DNA of 64,000 bases. Origin: a bacterium. GTDB lineage: Bacteria; Patescibacteriota; Saccharimonadia; Saccharimonadales; Saccharimonadaceae. The notes under the pieces are model-generated. The model saw nothing but the letters and a program-made list of their open reading frames with translations, made no database searches and was not told the DNA's origin. The translations under genes and the position numbers were made by a program. Shown here piece after piece: positions 43,505 to 52,678 of the stretch (positions within the stretch are counted from its first letter, which is position 1; every line of letters begins with the position of its first letter). The stretch spans positions 9,099-73,098 of the forward strand of contig JAUIFG010000003.1 in assembly GCA_030429445.1 (NCBI GenBank). Direction: 5' to 3'.

Positions 43505-45067
43505 CTATGTTAGTTTGACGTCAGGATATATCGACTTGGTCGTCTCGTCAACTTCACGGCGTAGTGCTGGGAACGGTACACCCTCTCGCGCAGAAAGACC
43601 CTCCAGTGACCAAAAGACTCGCTCCGAAAAGCCCAATCCGCAAGCAGGTGGCATTGCATATTCAAGTGCTTCAACATAGTCAACGTCCATCATTTGCGCT
43701 TCATCATCACCAGCATCTCGCAATTTCTGTTGTTCCAAGAAACGATTGTATTGATCGACAGGATCGTTCAATTCCGAAAATGCCTTACACATCTCGCTAC
43801 CGCCAAATACCAAATTGAATTGCTCAGTCAACAGAGGATTATCAGGTTGCACCTTGGCGAGTGGTTGCATGAACATAGGGATGTCCACCAAAAAAACTGG
43901 ACCAGCGATTGTTTTTCGATGCTTTTTCCAAAGTTTATCGAGACTACGCTGACGGTTGTCTTGCTTCTCCACCTCTAGTCCATGCTCTTTTAGCTGCGCC
44001 GCAATATCTTCAATCGTAGAATCGAATACATTAATGCCGTACTCACTCTGCAAAACATCGACAAAACTAATCCGTGCAAAATGCTCACCATCTGCACCAA
44101 AATCAACAACCTTACCGTCAGCAAGCGTAAACTGGCGCTTACCCCACGTCTTGTCGACAATAGAGCGAATCATTTGTTCCGTCAGTACCATTCCCTTTTC
44201 CCAGTCGGAATAAGCCCAATACCACTCCATGGCAACGTGTTCTGGTAAATGTTCATCGCTGTAATTTTCGTTACGAAACCGAGGGCCAATGTCGTATACT
44301 TTTTCATATCCAGCAACCAACAGTCGCTTGAGTGGTAATTCGTGACTAATACGTAGGTAAAAATCTTGATCCAGCGCGTCCATGTGCGTTACAAAAGGCG
44401 TTGCATCGGCGCCACCTGCTGTTGTTTCCAGAACAGGAATATTGACCTCTACAAAATCATGCTCATTCAAAAAATCGCGCGTCGCCTGCCAAAACTTGCT
44501 GCGACGAACAAACCGTTCTCGGATATCTGGATTTACATTCATATCAACATAACGACGACGTAAGCGTTGCTCTTTGTCTGTTAGTTCAGTGGGTATTGGA
44601 CGCAAACTCTTTGTAAGTAAACGAAGCGTTCGTACGCCAACGGATATCTCGCCTGTTTTTGTCTTTATGACCTCGCCTGTCGCCTCAACAAAATCACCAC
44701 TATCCAGCAATGGTAATTGGTCCATACCAACAACACTTTGTGCTGCGTCTAAGGGTGCAACATCAGGTGCATGCAAAAACAATTGGACCTGACCACTTTG
44801 ATCCCGCAAAACGATGAATGCTAATTTACCAAACTTACGTAGCCCCATAATCCGGCCAGTAACGGTAACTGTTTGCCCCTCTAGTTCTCCAAACCTCTTG
44901 ATCACATCATCTGCAACATGGGTGCGATGTGATTCGGCTGGATACGGATCAATGCCCAACCCGCGCAATTCGGTTAGTTTACGTAATCGTTCGTCTCGAT
45001 AGTCCTGAAGTGTCGCCATATCTGTAGCCATCGTACCATAAAACTGGACATTTTCTCTAGCACTCAC
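43505..45067 (-). CDS. lysS: Lysine--tRNA ligase (class II)
   Basis: N-terminal OB domain (VTVTGRIMGLRKFGKLAFIVLRDQSGQVQLF). Class II motifs (FRNE, GGSEMCKAFSELNDP, GLGFSERV). The start may be an internal Met (45031 or 45019). Confidence 0.9.
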   Translation of the reverse strand: MSARENVQFYGTMATDMATLQDYRDERLRKLTELRGLGIDPYPAESHRTHVADDVIKRFGELEGQTVTVTGRIMGLRKFGKLAFIVLRDQSGQVQLFLHAPDVAPLDAAQSVVGMDQLPLLDSGDFVEATGEVIKTKTGEISVGVRTLRLLTKSLRPIPTELTDKEQRLRRRYVDMNVNPDIRERFVRRSKFWQATRDFLNEHDFVEVNIPVLETTAGGADATPFVTHMDALDQDFYLRISHELPLKRLLVAGYEKVYDIGPRFRNENYSDEHLPEHVAMEWYWAYSDWEKGMVLTEQMIRSIVDKTWGKRQFTLADGKVVDFGADGEHFARISFVDVLQSEYGINVFDSTIEDIAAQLKEHGLEVEKQDNRQRSLDKLWKKHRKTIAGPVFLVDIPMFMQPLAKVQPDNPLLTEQFNLVFGGSEMCKAFSELNDPVDQYNRFLEQQKLRDAGDDEAQMMDVDYVEALEYAMPPACGLGFSERVFWSLEGLSAREGVPFPALRREVDETTKSIYPDVKLT

Positions 45068-45169
45068 AAACCATTATCAGCGATGATTCGTGAGTTATAA
45101 GCATAAGAGGATTGCTTTATTTTGATTTTGTGCTATAATCATGACATAAGCGTTAAGCGCTATAATAGC

Positions 45170-45874
45170 ATGACGGAATCAAACACAAACAAACTTGAAC
45201 ATAACATCCAGCAAACGGATGAAATCGATTCGATACAAAAACGATACGATAACGGTGATAAAACAAGATACTACAAAGAAAAAGAAGACTGGTCTTTTGG
45301 CAAAAACTACCTAGAGGGAGCAATCGAAACTAACGAACAATATGATAGTTCCGGGTTTGATACAGGTGAAATTGAGACAATCAAGGAAGTGACCGAGAAA
45401 ATTCAGTCTGGTGAAATCGAAGCATCACAAGAAGTTATTGAACAATTACGTGAACAGGCACTCGCTCTTGTCCCCCATGTTGATGTCGATTTAACCCCCA
45501 TCCATATTGAACGGGTTCTGCTTTATGTTCTTATTATCCAGCCTGACTCTACTTTTGAAAAACAAGTTGATAACGCTGTTGGCACCCTCTATGACAATCG
45601 TCCGGGTACCAATCCAGAATTGCTGAATAGAATCCACGGTCTAGTCCATCAGACTGTCGAGGTTGCCACGCATCCCGATGACTATATTCATCTCACGACT
45701 CCTGAGGAATTAAACCGGCCTCCTTCAATTGATCGTATCCTTGAAACTGCCAATGCTTTTGTCGTTACGCGTTACATTGCAAGAGCTGTCATGAAAAAAA
45801 TATTTGATGAAGAAACTGCCGAATTAAAAAATGCCGAGGCAGACAACTCACCGGTACTTCAAAAAGTAGCTTAA
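45170..45874 (+). CDS. Hypothetical protein (234 aa)
   Basis: Start taken at MTESNTNK. Upstream are TGCTATAAT (45131-45139) and a second TATAAT (45161-45166). No family recognised. Confidence 0.5.
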   Translation: MTESNTNKLEHNIQQTDEIDSIQKRYDNGDKTRYYKEKEDWSFGKNYLEGAIETNEQYDSSGFDTGEIETIKEVTEKIQSGEIEASQEVIEQLREQALALVPHVDVDLTPIHIERVLLYVLIIQPDSTFEKQVDNAVGTLYDNRPGTNPELLNRIHGLVHQTVEVATHPDDYIHLTTPEELNRPPSIDRILETANAFVVTRYIARAVMKKIFDEETAELKNAEADNSPVLQKVA

Positions 45875-46326
45875 CCTACTTTTACAACTTCGTACTTGAT
45901 ATCACCTTTTGGCGTACTAATAACGACAGTATCACCGACTTTTTTGCCCATAAGTGCCACGCCGATTGGAGCTTTGTCACTAATCTTACCCGCCATTGGG
46001 TCCGCCTCAACAGGACCTACCAGATGGTATTGGACAGTCTTTTGTCCAGTTTTCAGCTCAACCTTGCTGCCAAGCTTTACCTTGGTACTTTTTGTAGCAG
46101 ATATTATTGTTGCGTTTAGCAAAATGTCTTCGATTTCGGCAATGCGACTCTCGACAAGGCCTTGTTCTTCACGAGCAGAATCATACTCGGCATTTTCACT
46201 CAAATCACCATAACCACGAGCATCGGCAATCTTATCAGCAATTGCGCCACGACGACTCTTTAGTTCTTCGAGCTCACGTTCGAGCTCTTTTTTACCGATA
46301 TCAGTGATTTGAAATAATTTCTTCAT
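45871..46326 (-). CDS. greA: Transcription elongation factor GreA
   Basis: LERELEELK...GDLSENAEYDSAREEQ and the C-terminal FKBP-like domain ISDKAPIGVALMGKKVGD. Confidence 0.85.
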   Translation of the reverse strand: MKKLFQITDIGKKELERELEELKSRRGAIADKIADARGYGDLSENAEYDSAREEQGLVESRIAEIEDILLNATIISATKSTKVKLGSKVELKTGQKTVQYHLVGPVEADPMAGKISDKAPIGVALMGKKVGDTVVISTPKGDIKYEVVKVG

Positions 46327-46387
46327 ATATTTTCCTTTTCGTTGATTCAAAAAGTGCTGGACTTCAGCACGGTCCCTCCCTTATTAA

Positions 46388-47635
46388 TTAGTTCAGTTTA
46401 GCAAACAGCTCGGACCGTGTCAATTCAACTGTTTCACCACTTTTTCTAGGGGTAAACTCGTATTTTTCAGCCTCTACCAATCGATCACTGACAGTCACTC
46501 GAAATGGTATGCCTATCAACTCGCTGTCGGCAAATTTCACGCCAGGACGCTCGTCACGATCATCATATAGCACCTCGATACCATTGCCCTTCAACTCTTT
46601 ATACAATTCATCAGCATGTTTCACTGCATCGTCACCGCCAATACGTACCAAATAGACTTTTGCTGGCGCAACAGCTTCTGGCCACACAAGACCCTTATCA
46701 TCACTAAACAACTCTGCAACAACGCCCATCAAACGACTGACGCCAATACCATAGCAACCCATAACAATAGATTGTTGCTCACCCTGTTCATCCGCATAAT
46801 ACACGTCCAAAGCATCCGTGTATTTTGATTCCAAATGAAATGTATTTCCCACCTCAACACCACGCTTTTGAACCAAGTCGCTCCTATTCAAACCAAGTTT
46901 TTGCAAATTTTCATCAGTCATAATTTCTTCGTTAATCGCTACTTTTTTTGCCTCATCAACAAAAATCGTATCCTCACCCACATCACTCAATGTCTGAAAT
47001 TCATCACTAAACCTTGATGTGAAAATACCACCCTCGGCGTATGTACGATATGTAATCTCACCCAGCCCCAGACGATCGTACACCTTGTAGTAAGCCTCTA
47101 CGGCTCGTTCGTACATCTGCTCGTGCTCTTCTTGCGAACGCGCGAGACTGTACATGTCTTTCATCAAGAACTCACGACCACGCAACAGTCCACTCTTTGC
47201 CCGTAGCTCGTTACGAAACTTATTCGCAATCTGATATGTATAAAAAGGAAGATCTTTGTATGAGTGAACGTAGTTGCCAGATGCGTCAACGATAGGCTCT
47301 TCGTGCGTCAAGCCAACGCCAAGTTCCGTTCCATTAGCAAGCTTTGTCTTGAACCAATTATCAACCTTTTTATCATCCCAACGATCTGTTTTCTCCCAAA
47401 TATCACGTGGCTGTAATGTCGTCATCATGACTTCCTGACCACCAACAGCATTCATTTCTTCGCGAACAATTTTTTTAATGTTTTCAAGGACCCTAAAGCC
47501 GAGTGGCATATAGGCATACACGCCTGCCATTTCCTTGTGAATGAACCCTGCCTGAATAAGTAATTGGGCGTTCTTTGCCGTTTCATCGGCAGGAACGTTT
47601 TTGCTCGTTTTTGTGAATAGCTGACTGAGTCGCAT
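46388..47635 (-). CDS. proS: Proline--tRNA ligase, bacterial-type N-terminus but lacking the INS editing domain
   Basis: MRLSQLFTKTSKNVPADE...GFIHKEMAGVYAYMPLG, RGREFLMKDMYS and GCYGIGVSRL. It is only 415 aa. A ~30-aa linker occupies the place of the ~180-aa insertion domain. Confidence 0.85.
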   Translation of the reverse strand: MRLSQLFTKTSKNVPADETAKNAQLLIQAGFIHKEMAGVYAYMPLGFRVLENIKKIVREEMNAVGGQEVMMTTLQPRDIWEKTDRWDDKKVDNWFKTKLANGTELGVGLTHEEPIVDASGNYVHSYKDLPFYTYQIANKFRNELRAKSGLLRGREFLMKDMYSLARSQEEHEQMYERAVEAYYKVYDRLGLGEITYRTYAEGGIFTSRFSDEFQTLSDVGEDTIFVDEAKKVAINEEIMTDENLQKLGLNRSDLVQKRGVEVGNTFHLESKYTDALDVYYADEQGEQQSIVMGCYGIGVSRLMGVVAELFSDDKGLVWPEAVAPAKVYLVRIGGDDAVKHADELYKELKGNGIEVLYDDRDERPGVKFADSELIGIPFRVTVSDRLVEAEKYEFTPRKSGETVELTRSELFAKLN

Positions 47636-47746
47636 GAGAGATGTATCTCCAAATACTTTCCATTATAAAATCCTACCCTGATAGTAACAGATGATTGTAA
47701 TCGTGACAAAACGTTTACGTGAAGGACCTGGTAACGAGCATGCTAT

Positions 47747-48550
47747 TTATCCGCCGACGACATAAGGGCTTATCAAAATGAAGTATGCAACAGCATTTTT
47801 AAGACTGTGCGCCAATATGCCGGCCCAAATACTACCCGTAATGGAACGGAGCCAGCACAAAAACATACTAAGTACAAATACATCAACTGCCACATTCCAC
47901 TGAAAATGAACCAGACCGAACAATAGGCTCGTCACTACAGCACCCCATAATGCCGGCACATACGCTTTTAATTTGCCATACAAATATCCTCGGAAAAGCA
48001 CTTCTTCCGCCAAAGGTGCAATGACGACAAGCGCTGTAAATGCCATGATATTATCTAACCGAGACCCAAATACACTGAAACCAACATCCTGCACCTCGTC
48101 TATCGGAAAACCAGGGAACAATGTCGTAATAATACCCATAACGACTGTAATCGTGAGAATATAAGCAATAAATGCTACAGGCGCCAATCCAATATCGGTC
48201 CACGACATTAAGCGTGTAAGTCCAAGGTCTTTTAGTGTCGTCTTTTTGCGCTTTATTAGGTATGGAACACCCAAGGCAATCATCAAAGTAAGAACGTACG
48301 TTTTTGCCGTTAATATTAACTGGTAAGCTGTCGGGCTAAAGTACTGTTCGGGTGACATATGCAGCCACTCGAGCACCCAAGCAACCGCAGAGATAGTAAA
48401 AATACTGAGAATAAATGAAAATAGTACCCAGATGGGTAAATAGACCAAATACGCCCAACGCGGTGAACTTTTTTTATCATCCTTAGAATGGCTACCCTTA
48501 ACAGACAACTTCTTGATGGGACTAATTTTAGCTAATAATTTTTCCAACAT
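47747..48550 (-). CDS. CPBP-family intramembrane glutamic endopeptidase (CAAX protease-like)
   Basis: PLAEEVLFRGYLYG and FGLVHF motifs. Multi-pass membrane protein. Confidence 0.75.
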   Translation of the reverse strand: MLEKLLAKISPIKKLSVKGSHSKDDKKSSPRWAYLVYLPIWVLFSFILSIFTISAVAWVLEWLHMSPEQYFSPTAYQLILTAKTYVLTLMIALGVPYLIKRKKTTLKDLGLTRLMSWTDIGLAPVAFIAYILTITVVMGIITTLFPGFPIDEVQDVGFSVFGSRLDNIMAFTALVVIAPLAEEVLFRGYLYGKLKAYVPALWGAVVTSLLFGLVHFQWNVAVDVFVLSMFLCWLRSITGSIWAGILAHSLKNAVAYFILISPYVVGG

Positions 48551-49667
48551 CCGCCACCGTTATCAGCACAACAAGTGCCATTAATACTAAAAAGCCTGTT
48601 GCCTGAATCTTCTCTTCGCGTTCTTTCGTCAATTTTTTCTTGAGCGCATAAAAAGCAGTCATCGTAAACCAGCGACCCCCGTCAAGCGCAGGAATTGGAA
48701 GTACGTTCATGACAGCCAATGCGATTGATACAACAGAGATAAGCATAACAAGCGACGTCAGACCTGCCTGTTGAGCGGCTGGGAAAATTACACCCAATAT
48801 ACCCACTGGACCGGCAACACTATCACCCGCTGCTGCCACTTCTTTGCTACCCGCTTTTCGCTGTTCTTCATCCCCAAACAACTGCAAACCAATGCCATTC
48901 ACTAAATTACCAACGAGCCCGCCAACACCCTTAAGTGTTTCCCATGTCAATTGACCTGCCGTCGCAATGCCAACAATCGGCGCCGACCATGTCGAACGTG
49001 TCTCGGTGGCTTGAACGATGCTGGCACCAAACAGTGTCTCACCCTCATGCCTCAGCGTCACCGAAGTCGCTGCCTCACGACCATCTCGCGAATAAATCAC
49101 CTCTGCTTCTCTACCCTTATACTCCCTCGTTAAGTCAATAAAAGCCTGGGTAGTTTCAACTTGTTGTCCAGCAAAACGCAAAATTTTATCACGTGATTGC
49201 AAACCCGCTTCTGCCGCTGGATAGTTCGGGCTAAGCGTTCCCAACTGTACGGGTTGATACAGCGTTTTCGTATCGCCTTCGATTGAAAATTGATTTGGAA
49301 TAACCTGCGGCAAACCAGTGATAGCCAAGACTGTGAGTAGTATCGCCGCTGTCACCCAATTAATGAATACACCAGCAAGCAATATTCTTGTCTTTACCCA
49401 ATAACTCGCCGCGCCATAATCACCCTCTTTGTCAGCTTCGTCATACTCACCCTTTAGTTTGACGAAACCTCCAAGCGGTAACCAGTTTAAGCTAAATAGA
49501 ATTTTGTTTTTTAGCTTTTTACTCCATGCTCGTGGTGGAAAACCAATACCAAACTCTTCGACAACGACCCCATTTCGTCGTGCAACAATCGCGTGACCTA
49601 GCTCGTGCACTACGACCAAAAATGTTAGTGCAAGCAACCCCACAATGATACCAAAGACTATTTCCAC
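48528..49667 (-). CDS. rseP: RIP metalloprotease RseP/site-2 protease (M50) with PDZ domain
   Basis: HELGHAIVAR (HExxH) in TM1, a central PDZ-like segment, and the C-terminal NVLPIPALDGG motif. Confidence 0.8.
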   Translation of the reverse strand: MEIVFGIIVGLLALTFLVVVHELGHAIVARRNGVVVEEFGIGFPPRAWSKKLKNKILFSLNWLPLGGFVKLKGEYDEADKEGDYGAASYWVKTRILLAGVFINWVTAAILLTVLAITGLPQVIPNQFSIEGDTKTLYQPVQLGTLSPNYPAAEAGLQSRDKILRFAGQQVETTQAFIDLTREYKGREAEVIYSRDGREAATSVTLRHEGETLFGASIVQATETRSTWSAPIVGIATAGQLTWETLKGVGGLVGNLVNGIGLQLFGDEEQRKAGSKEVAAAGDSVAGPVGILGVIFPAAQQAGLTSLVMLISVVSIALAVMNVLPIPALDGGRWFTMTAFYALKKKLTKEREEKIQATGFLVLMALVVLITVADVGKIIS

Positions 49668-49669
49668 GG

Positions 49670-50224
49670 CTATACCTTCAGAATATCCTGTTCTTTAACC
49701 TTAAATGCGGCGTCAATCTTTGCCTGAAAATCTGCGACTAACTTATCAACGGCCTTCTCTACCGCCTTTACATCATCTTCAGTCAATTCCTTGGCTTCTT
49801 TTTTACGTTTTGCTTCTTGCAACGCATCCTGACGAGCACCTCGCAAGCCAATTCGAGCGTCTTCTACCTTTTCGCCCAATTGTTTTACCAATTGGCGACG
49901 TCGCTCTTCGGTAAGTGGAGGTACTGGTATTCGAACAATACGACCATCATCGGATGGATTGAATCCGAGTGATTGATCGTTACGAATCGAAGTTGAAATT
50001 GCCTCCAGGTTTGTTGGATCAAATGGTGTAATCTGCAACAATTGTGGCTCTGGGCACGACACATTTGCCACCTGATTGAGCGGCATCATCGAACCATATG
50101 CCTCGACCTTAACATCATCGAGCATACTGGCTTGTGCACGACCAGTTTGCACCTTGCGAAGCTCGCCCTCAAAATGCTCGAGTGCAGCTTCCATCTTTAG
50201 TTCATATGTATCAGTATTAAACAT
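49670..50224 (-). CDS. frr: Ribosome recycling factor
   Basis: Typical RRF sequence (FEGELRKVQTGRA, PLTEERRRQLVK). 184 aa. Confidence 0.9.
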   Translation of the reverse strand: MFNTDTYELKMEAALEHFEGELRKVQTGRAQASMLDDVKVEAYGSMMPLNQVANVSCPEPQLLQITPFDPTNLEAISTSIRNDQSLGFNPSDDGRIVRIPVPPLTEERRRQLVKQLGEKVEDARIGLRGARQDALQEAKRKKEAKELTEDDVKAVEKAVDKLVADFQAKIDAAFKVKEQDILKV

Positions 50225-50261
50225 AATTTATCTCTTTTTAGTATAGCAAATTAATTTCCTC

Positions 50262-50293
50262 AGAATAATAAAATCGCCCCAAGGGGCGATTTT
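50262..50293 (-). terminator. Rho-independent terminator after tsf
   Basis: 10-bp stem AAATCGCCCC / GGGGCGATTT (50271-50292). Confidence 0.7.
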
Positions 50294-50309
50294 ATCGAAT
50301 ATGATTCCC

Positions 50310-50906
50310 TTATTCCGTAACGCCAAGCTCAATACGACGAAACTGTGAAATACGAACGTTCTCACCGTTTTGTGCGATTTGTTCCTTGATGCGCTGTTCA
50401 ACGGTCTTACTATCATCTAGGACGAAGACCTGTTCAGCCAATACTTGCTCAGCGAAATGCTTTTTTAGTTGTCCTTCGACAATTTTTTCTGCCATTTCAG
50501 CTGGTTTGCTTTTTAGCGAATCGCTTTCTAACAGTTCTTTCTTTTTTGCATTCATCACGTCAGCCGGGATGTCTTCCATTGTTGAATATTTTGGAGACAT
50601 AGCAGCAATTTGCATCGCCATCTGATGAGCAAATTCTTTGAATTCAGGTAGACGCGCAACAAAATCTGTCTCGCAATTTACTTCGACAACAACGCCAATA
50701 CGATCAGAGTGCACATAGCTTTCGATGATGCCGGAACGAGTCTCACGATCACCCTTTTTCTCTGCCTTTGTTACGCCTTTTTTGCGAAGTACTTCAAGAG
50801 CCTTGTCAAAGTCACCCTCGGCCTCTACGAGTGCTTTTTTTGCATCTGTCAGACCAATACCTGTCAACTCTTTTAATTTTTTAATGTCATCTATACTAAC
50901 GCTCAT
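50310..50906 (-). CDS. tsf: Elongation factor Ts (short form)
   Basis: IKKLKELTGIGLTDAKKALVEAEGDFDKALEVLRKKG is the UBA-like N-terminus. It overlaps the rpsB stop by 1 nt (TAATG). Confidence 0.9.
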   Translation of the reverse strand: MSVSIDDIKKLKELTGIGLTDAKKALVEAEGDFDKALEVLRKKGVTKAEKKGDRETRSGIIESYVHSDRIGVVVEVNCETDFVARLPEFKEFAHQMAMQIAAMSPKYSTMEDIPADVMNAKKKELLESDSLKSKPAEMAEKIVEGQLKKHFAEQVLAEQVFVLDDSKTVEQRIKEQIAQNGENVRISQFRRIELGVTE

Positions 50907-51607
50907 TATGCATTCCCTTTCTTTGTCACACCCTCCGCAACTGCGTCACAAAAGTAATCCAGCAATACTTGAGTGCCCTTAATTGTGTCATCATTGCCAG
51001 GTACAACATATTTGATTGGAGTAGGATCAACATTCGTATCAACAACGCCAACAATAGGAATACCCAGTACGTTTGCTTCTTTCACTGCGCCATCATCAGC
51101 CAAGACATCTAGAATGACAACCGCACCCGGACGTCCATTGAGACTCTTGATGCCACCGTATTTCGTATTTAGCTCTTCAACTTCTTCACGAAATCGTTGA
51201 ACTTCCAGTTTGTTATAGCGTTTTTCTAAATCGCCGTTTTCCAATCGTTGTTCGAGATCCTTCAGCTTTTTCACTTGCTGATTTATAGTGTTGATATTCG
51301 TCAAAATACCGCCGATCCAACGTTCAGTCACATATGGCTGGCCCACTTTTTCGGCAGATGCCTTTACGACGTCTTTCATTTGCTTCCTTGTTCCAACAAA
51401 CAATACTTGCTTGCCGCCTGCCACAACGTCAGTCAAGAACGGCAACACTACATCAAGTGCCTCAACGGTTTTTGTTAGGTCAATGATATGGCTATCTTGA
51501 CGCTTGCTATGAATGTACGGTGCCATTTTAGGATGCCACCTACTGGTTTTATGTCCGAAATGCACACCCGCTTCGAACAATGCTTTAATATCGACTTTTG
51601 CAGCCAT
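50906..51607 (-). CDS. rpsB: 30S ribosomal protein S2
   Basis: LFEAGVHFGHKTSRWHPKMAPYI. AAGGAG SD upstream. Confidence 0.93.
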   Translation of the reverse strand: MAAKVDIKALFEAGVHFGHKTSRWHPKMAPYIHSKRQDSHIIDLTKTVEALDVVLPFLTDVVAGGKQVLFVGTRKQMKDVVKASAEKVGQPYVTERWIGGILTNINTINQQVKKLKDLEQRLENGDLEKRYNKLEVQRFREEVEELNTKYGGIKSLNGRPGAVVILDVLADDGAVKEANVLGIPIVGVVDTNVDPTPIKYVVPGNDDTIKGTQVLLDYFCDAVAEGVTKKGNA

Positions 51608-51742
51608 TGTTACTCCTTTTTCCTCACTGCCAGCCCTGAAAATCAGGAGCGCGCTAGCAGTTGTGTCATTAAAATAGTTACTCGAATACTCTAACAGAGG
51701 TGATGAAATATGTCAATGCTCTGGAACGAATACAAACATTAG

Positions 51743-51751
51743 TGATATACT
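51743..51751 (+). promoter_or_regulatory. Extended -10 promoter TGATATACT, 9 nt upstream of the ATG
   Basis: TG-n-TATACT at 51743-51751. ATG at 51761. No SD. Confidence 0.4.
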
Positions 51752-51760
51752 AATTTCATT

Positions 51761-52255
51761 ATGAAAAACCTATTCCGTGTTGTCGCAAATAAAATATCCG
51801 TATGGACAGGTACCGCCACAGTCTTTCTTGGCGCCATACTTATTGTTATCGTATGGGCAACCACTGGTCCTTTTTTTCACTTTTCCGATACTTGGCAACT
51901 TGTCATCAACACAGGCACCACTATTATTACCTTTTTAATGGTTTTTTTAATCCAAAATACGCAAAATCGTGACGGTAAAGCCGTTCAACTAAAACTTGAT
52001 GAGCTTATACGCGCGACGAAAGGAGCCAGAGCTTCATACGTAGGGCTTGAAGATTTGAGCGACGAGGATTTATCTGCTCTCGACAAAGAGTTCAAGATGC
52101 TCACACAAAGCCCTGGAGCTGTTCGTGCACTTAACAAACTACATGAAAAAATCGAGGAAGAACACGCTCGTCGAAGCAGCCTCCGTGACCGCGCAGCACA
52201 TATTTTGCACCACGACCACAACGATATAGATAAAAATGTCAACAAACACCTTTGA
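51761..52255 (+). CDS. Low-affinity iron permease (Fet4-like) family membrane protein
   Basis: FHFSDTWQLVINTGTTIITFLMVFLIQNTQNRDGKAVQLKLDELIRA matches the family signature as I remember it. Confidence 0.65.
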   Translation: MKNLFRVVANKISVWTGTATVFLGAILIVIVWATTGPFFHFSDTWQLVINTGTTIITFLMVFLIQNTQNRDGKAVQLKLDELIRATKGARASYVGLEDLSDEDLSALDKEFKMLTQSPGAVRALNKLHEKIEEEHARRSSLRDRAAHILHHDHNDIDKNVNKHL

Positions 52256-52280
52256 CATTTCTCTATAAGCACGCTATAAT
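52252..52280 (+). promoter_or_regulatory. Perfect consensus sigma-70 promoter (TTGACA - 17 nt - TATAAT) for rpmE
   Basis: -35 at 52252-52257 (overlaps the stop codon of the upstream gene). -10 at 52275-52280. Only 9 nt separate it from ATG 52290, and there is no SD. Confidence 0.65.
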
Positions 52281-52289
52281 ACTCCAGAT

Positions 52290-52616
52290 ATGAAGAGTAA
52301 TTTGCATCCGACAAGCTACCGACCTGTCGTCTTTTCTGACGATACTGCTGGCTTTTCCTTCCTTACGCAGTCAACCGCAAAAGCTGACGATACAGTTAAA
52401 TGGGAGGACGGAAACGAATACCCTCTTGTAAAGATTCATGTTTCTAGCGCATCTCACCCCTTCTTTACGGGCGAAGAAAAGATTATTGATACCGAAGGTC
52501 GTGTTGACCGATTTAAAGCTCGTGCTGCTGCCGCACAAGAACGCAAAATGCAACTAGCGAATAAAGCCAAAAAAGCCAAAGCAACTGCAGCAAAAAAAGA
52601 TAAAGCCGACGAATAA
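52290..52616 (+). CDS. rpmE: 50S ribosomal protein L31, type B (Cys-less) with Lys/Ala-rich C-terminal tail
   Basis: MKSNLHPTSYRPVVF...HPFFTG. No CxxC zinc motif and no Cys at all. Confidence 0.85.
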   Translation: MKSNLHPTSYRPVVFSDDTAGFSFLTQSTAKADDTVKWEDGNEYPLVKIHVSSASHPFFTGEEKIIDTEGRVDRFKARAAAAQERKMQLANKAKKAKATAAKKDKADE

Positions 52617-52629
52617 ACCAGGTAGAAGC

Positions 52630-52659
52630 AAAGAGACCGTTCTTGCAACGGTCTCTTTT
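52630..52659 (+). terminator. Rho-independent terminator after rpmE
   Basis: 12-bp stem AAAGAGACCGTT / AACGGTCTCTTT with a 5-nt loop, running into T residues. Confidence 0.8.
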
Positions 52660-52678
52660 GATACAATAAGGATAAGTT

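Noticed and set aside
50228-50416. 62-aa minus-strand ORF spanning the tsf 3' end and its terminator
   Set aside because: It overlaps tsf in another frame and runs through the terminator hairpin. There is no coding signal.
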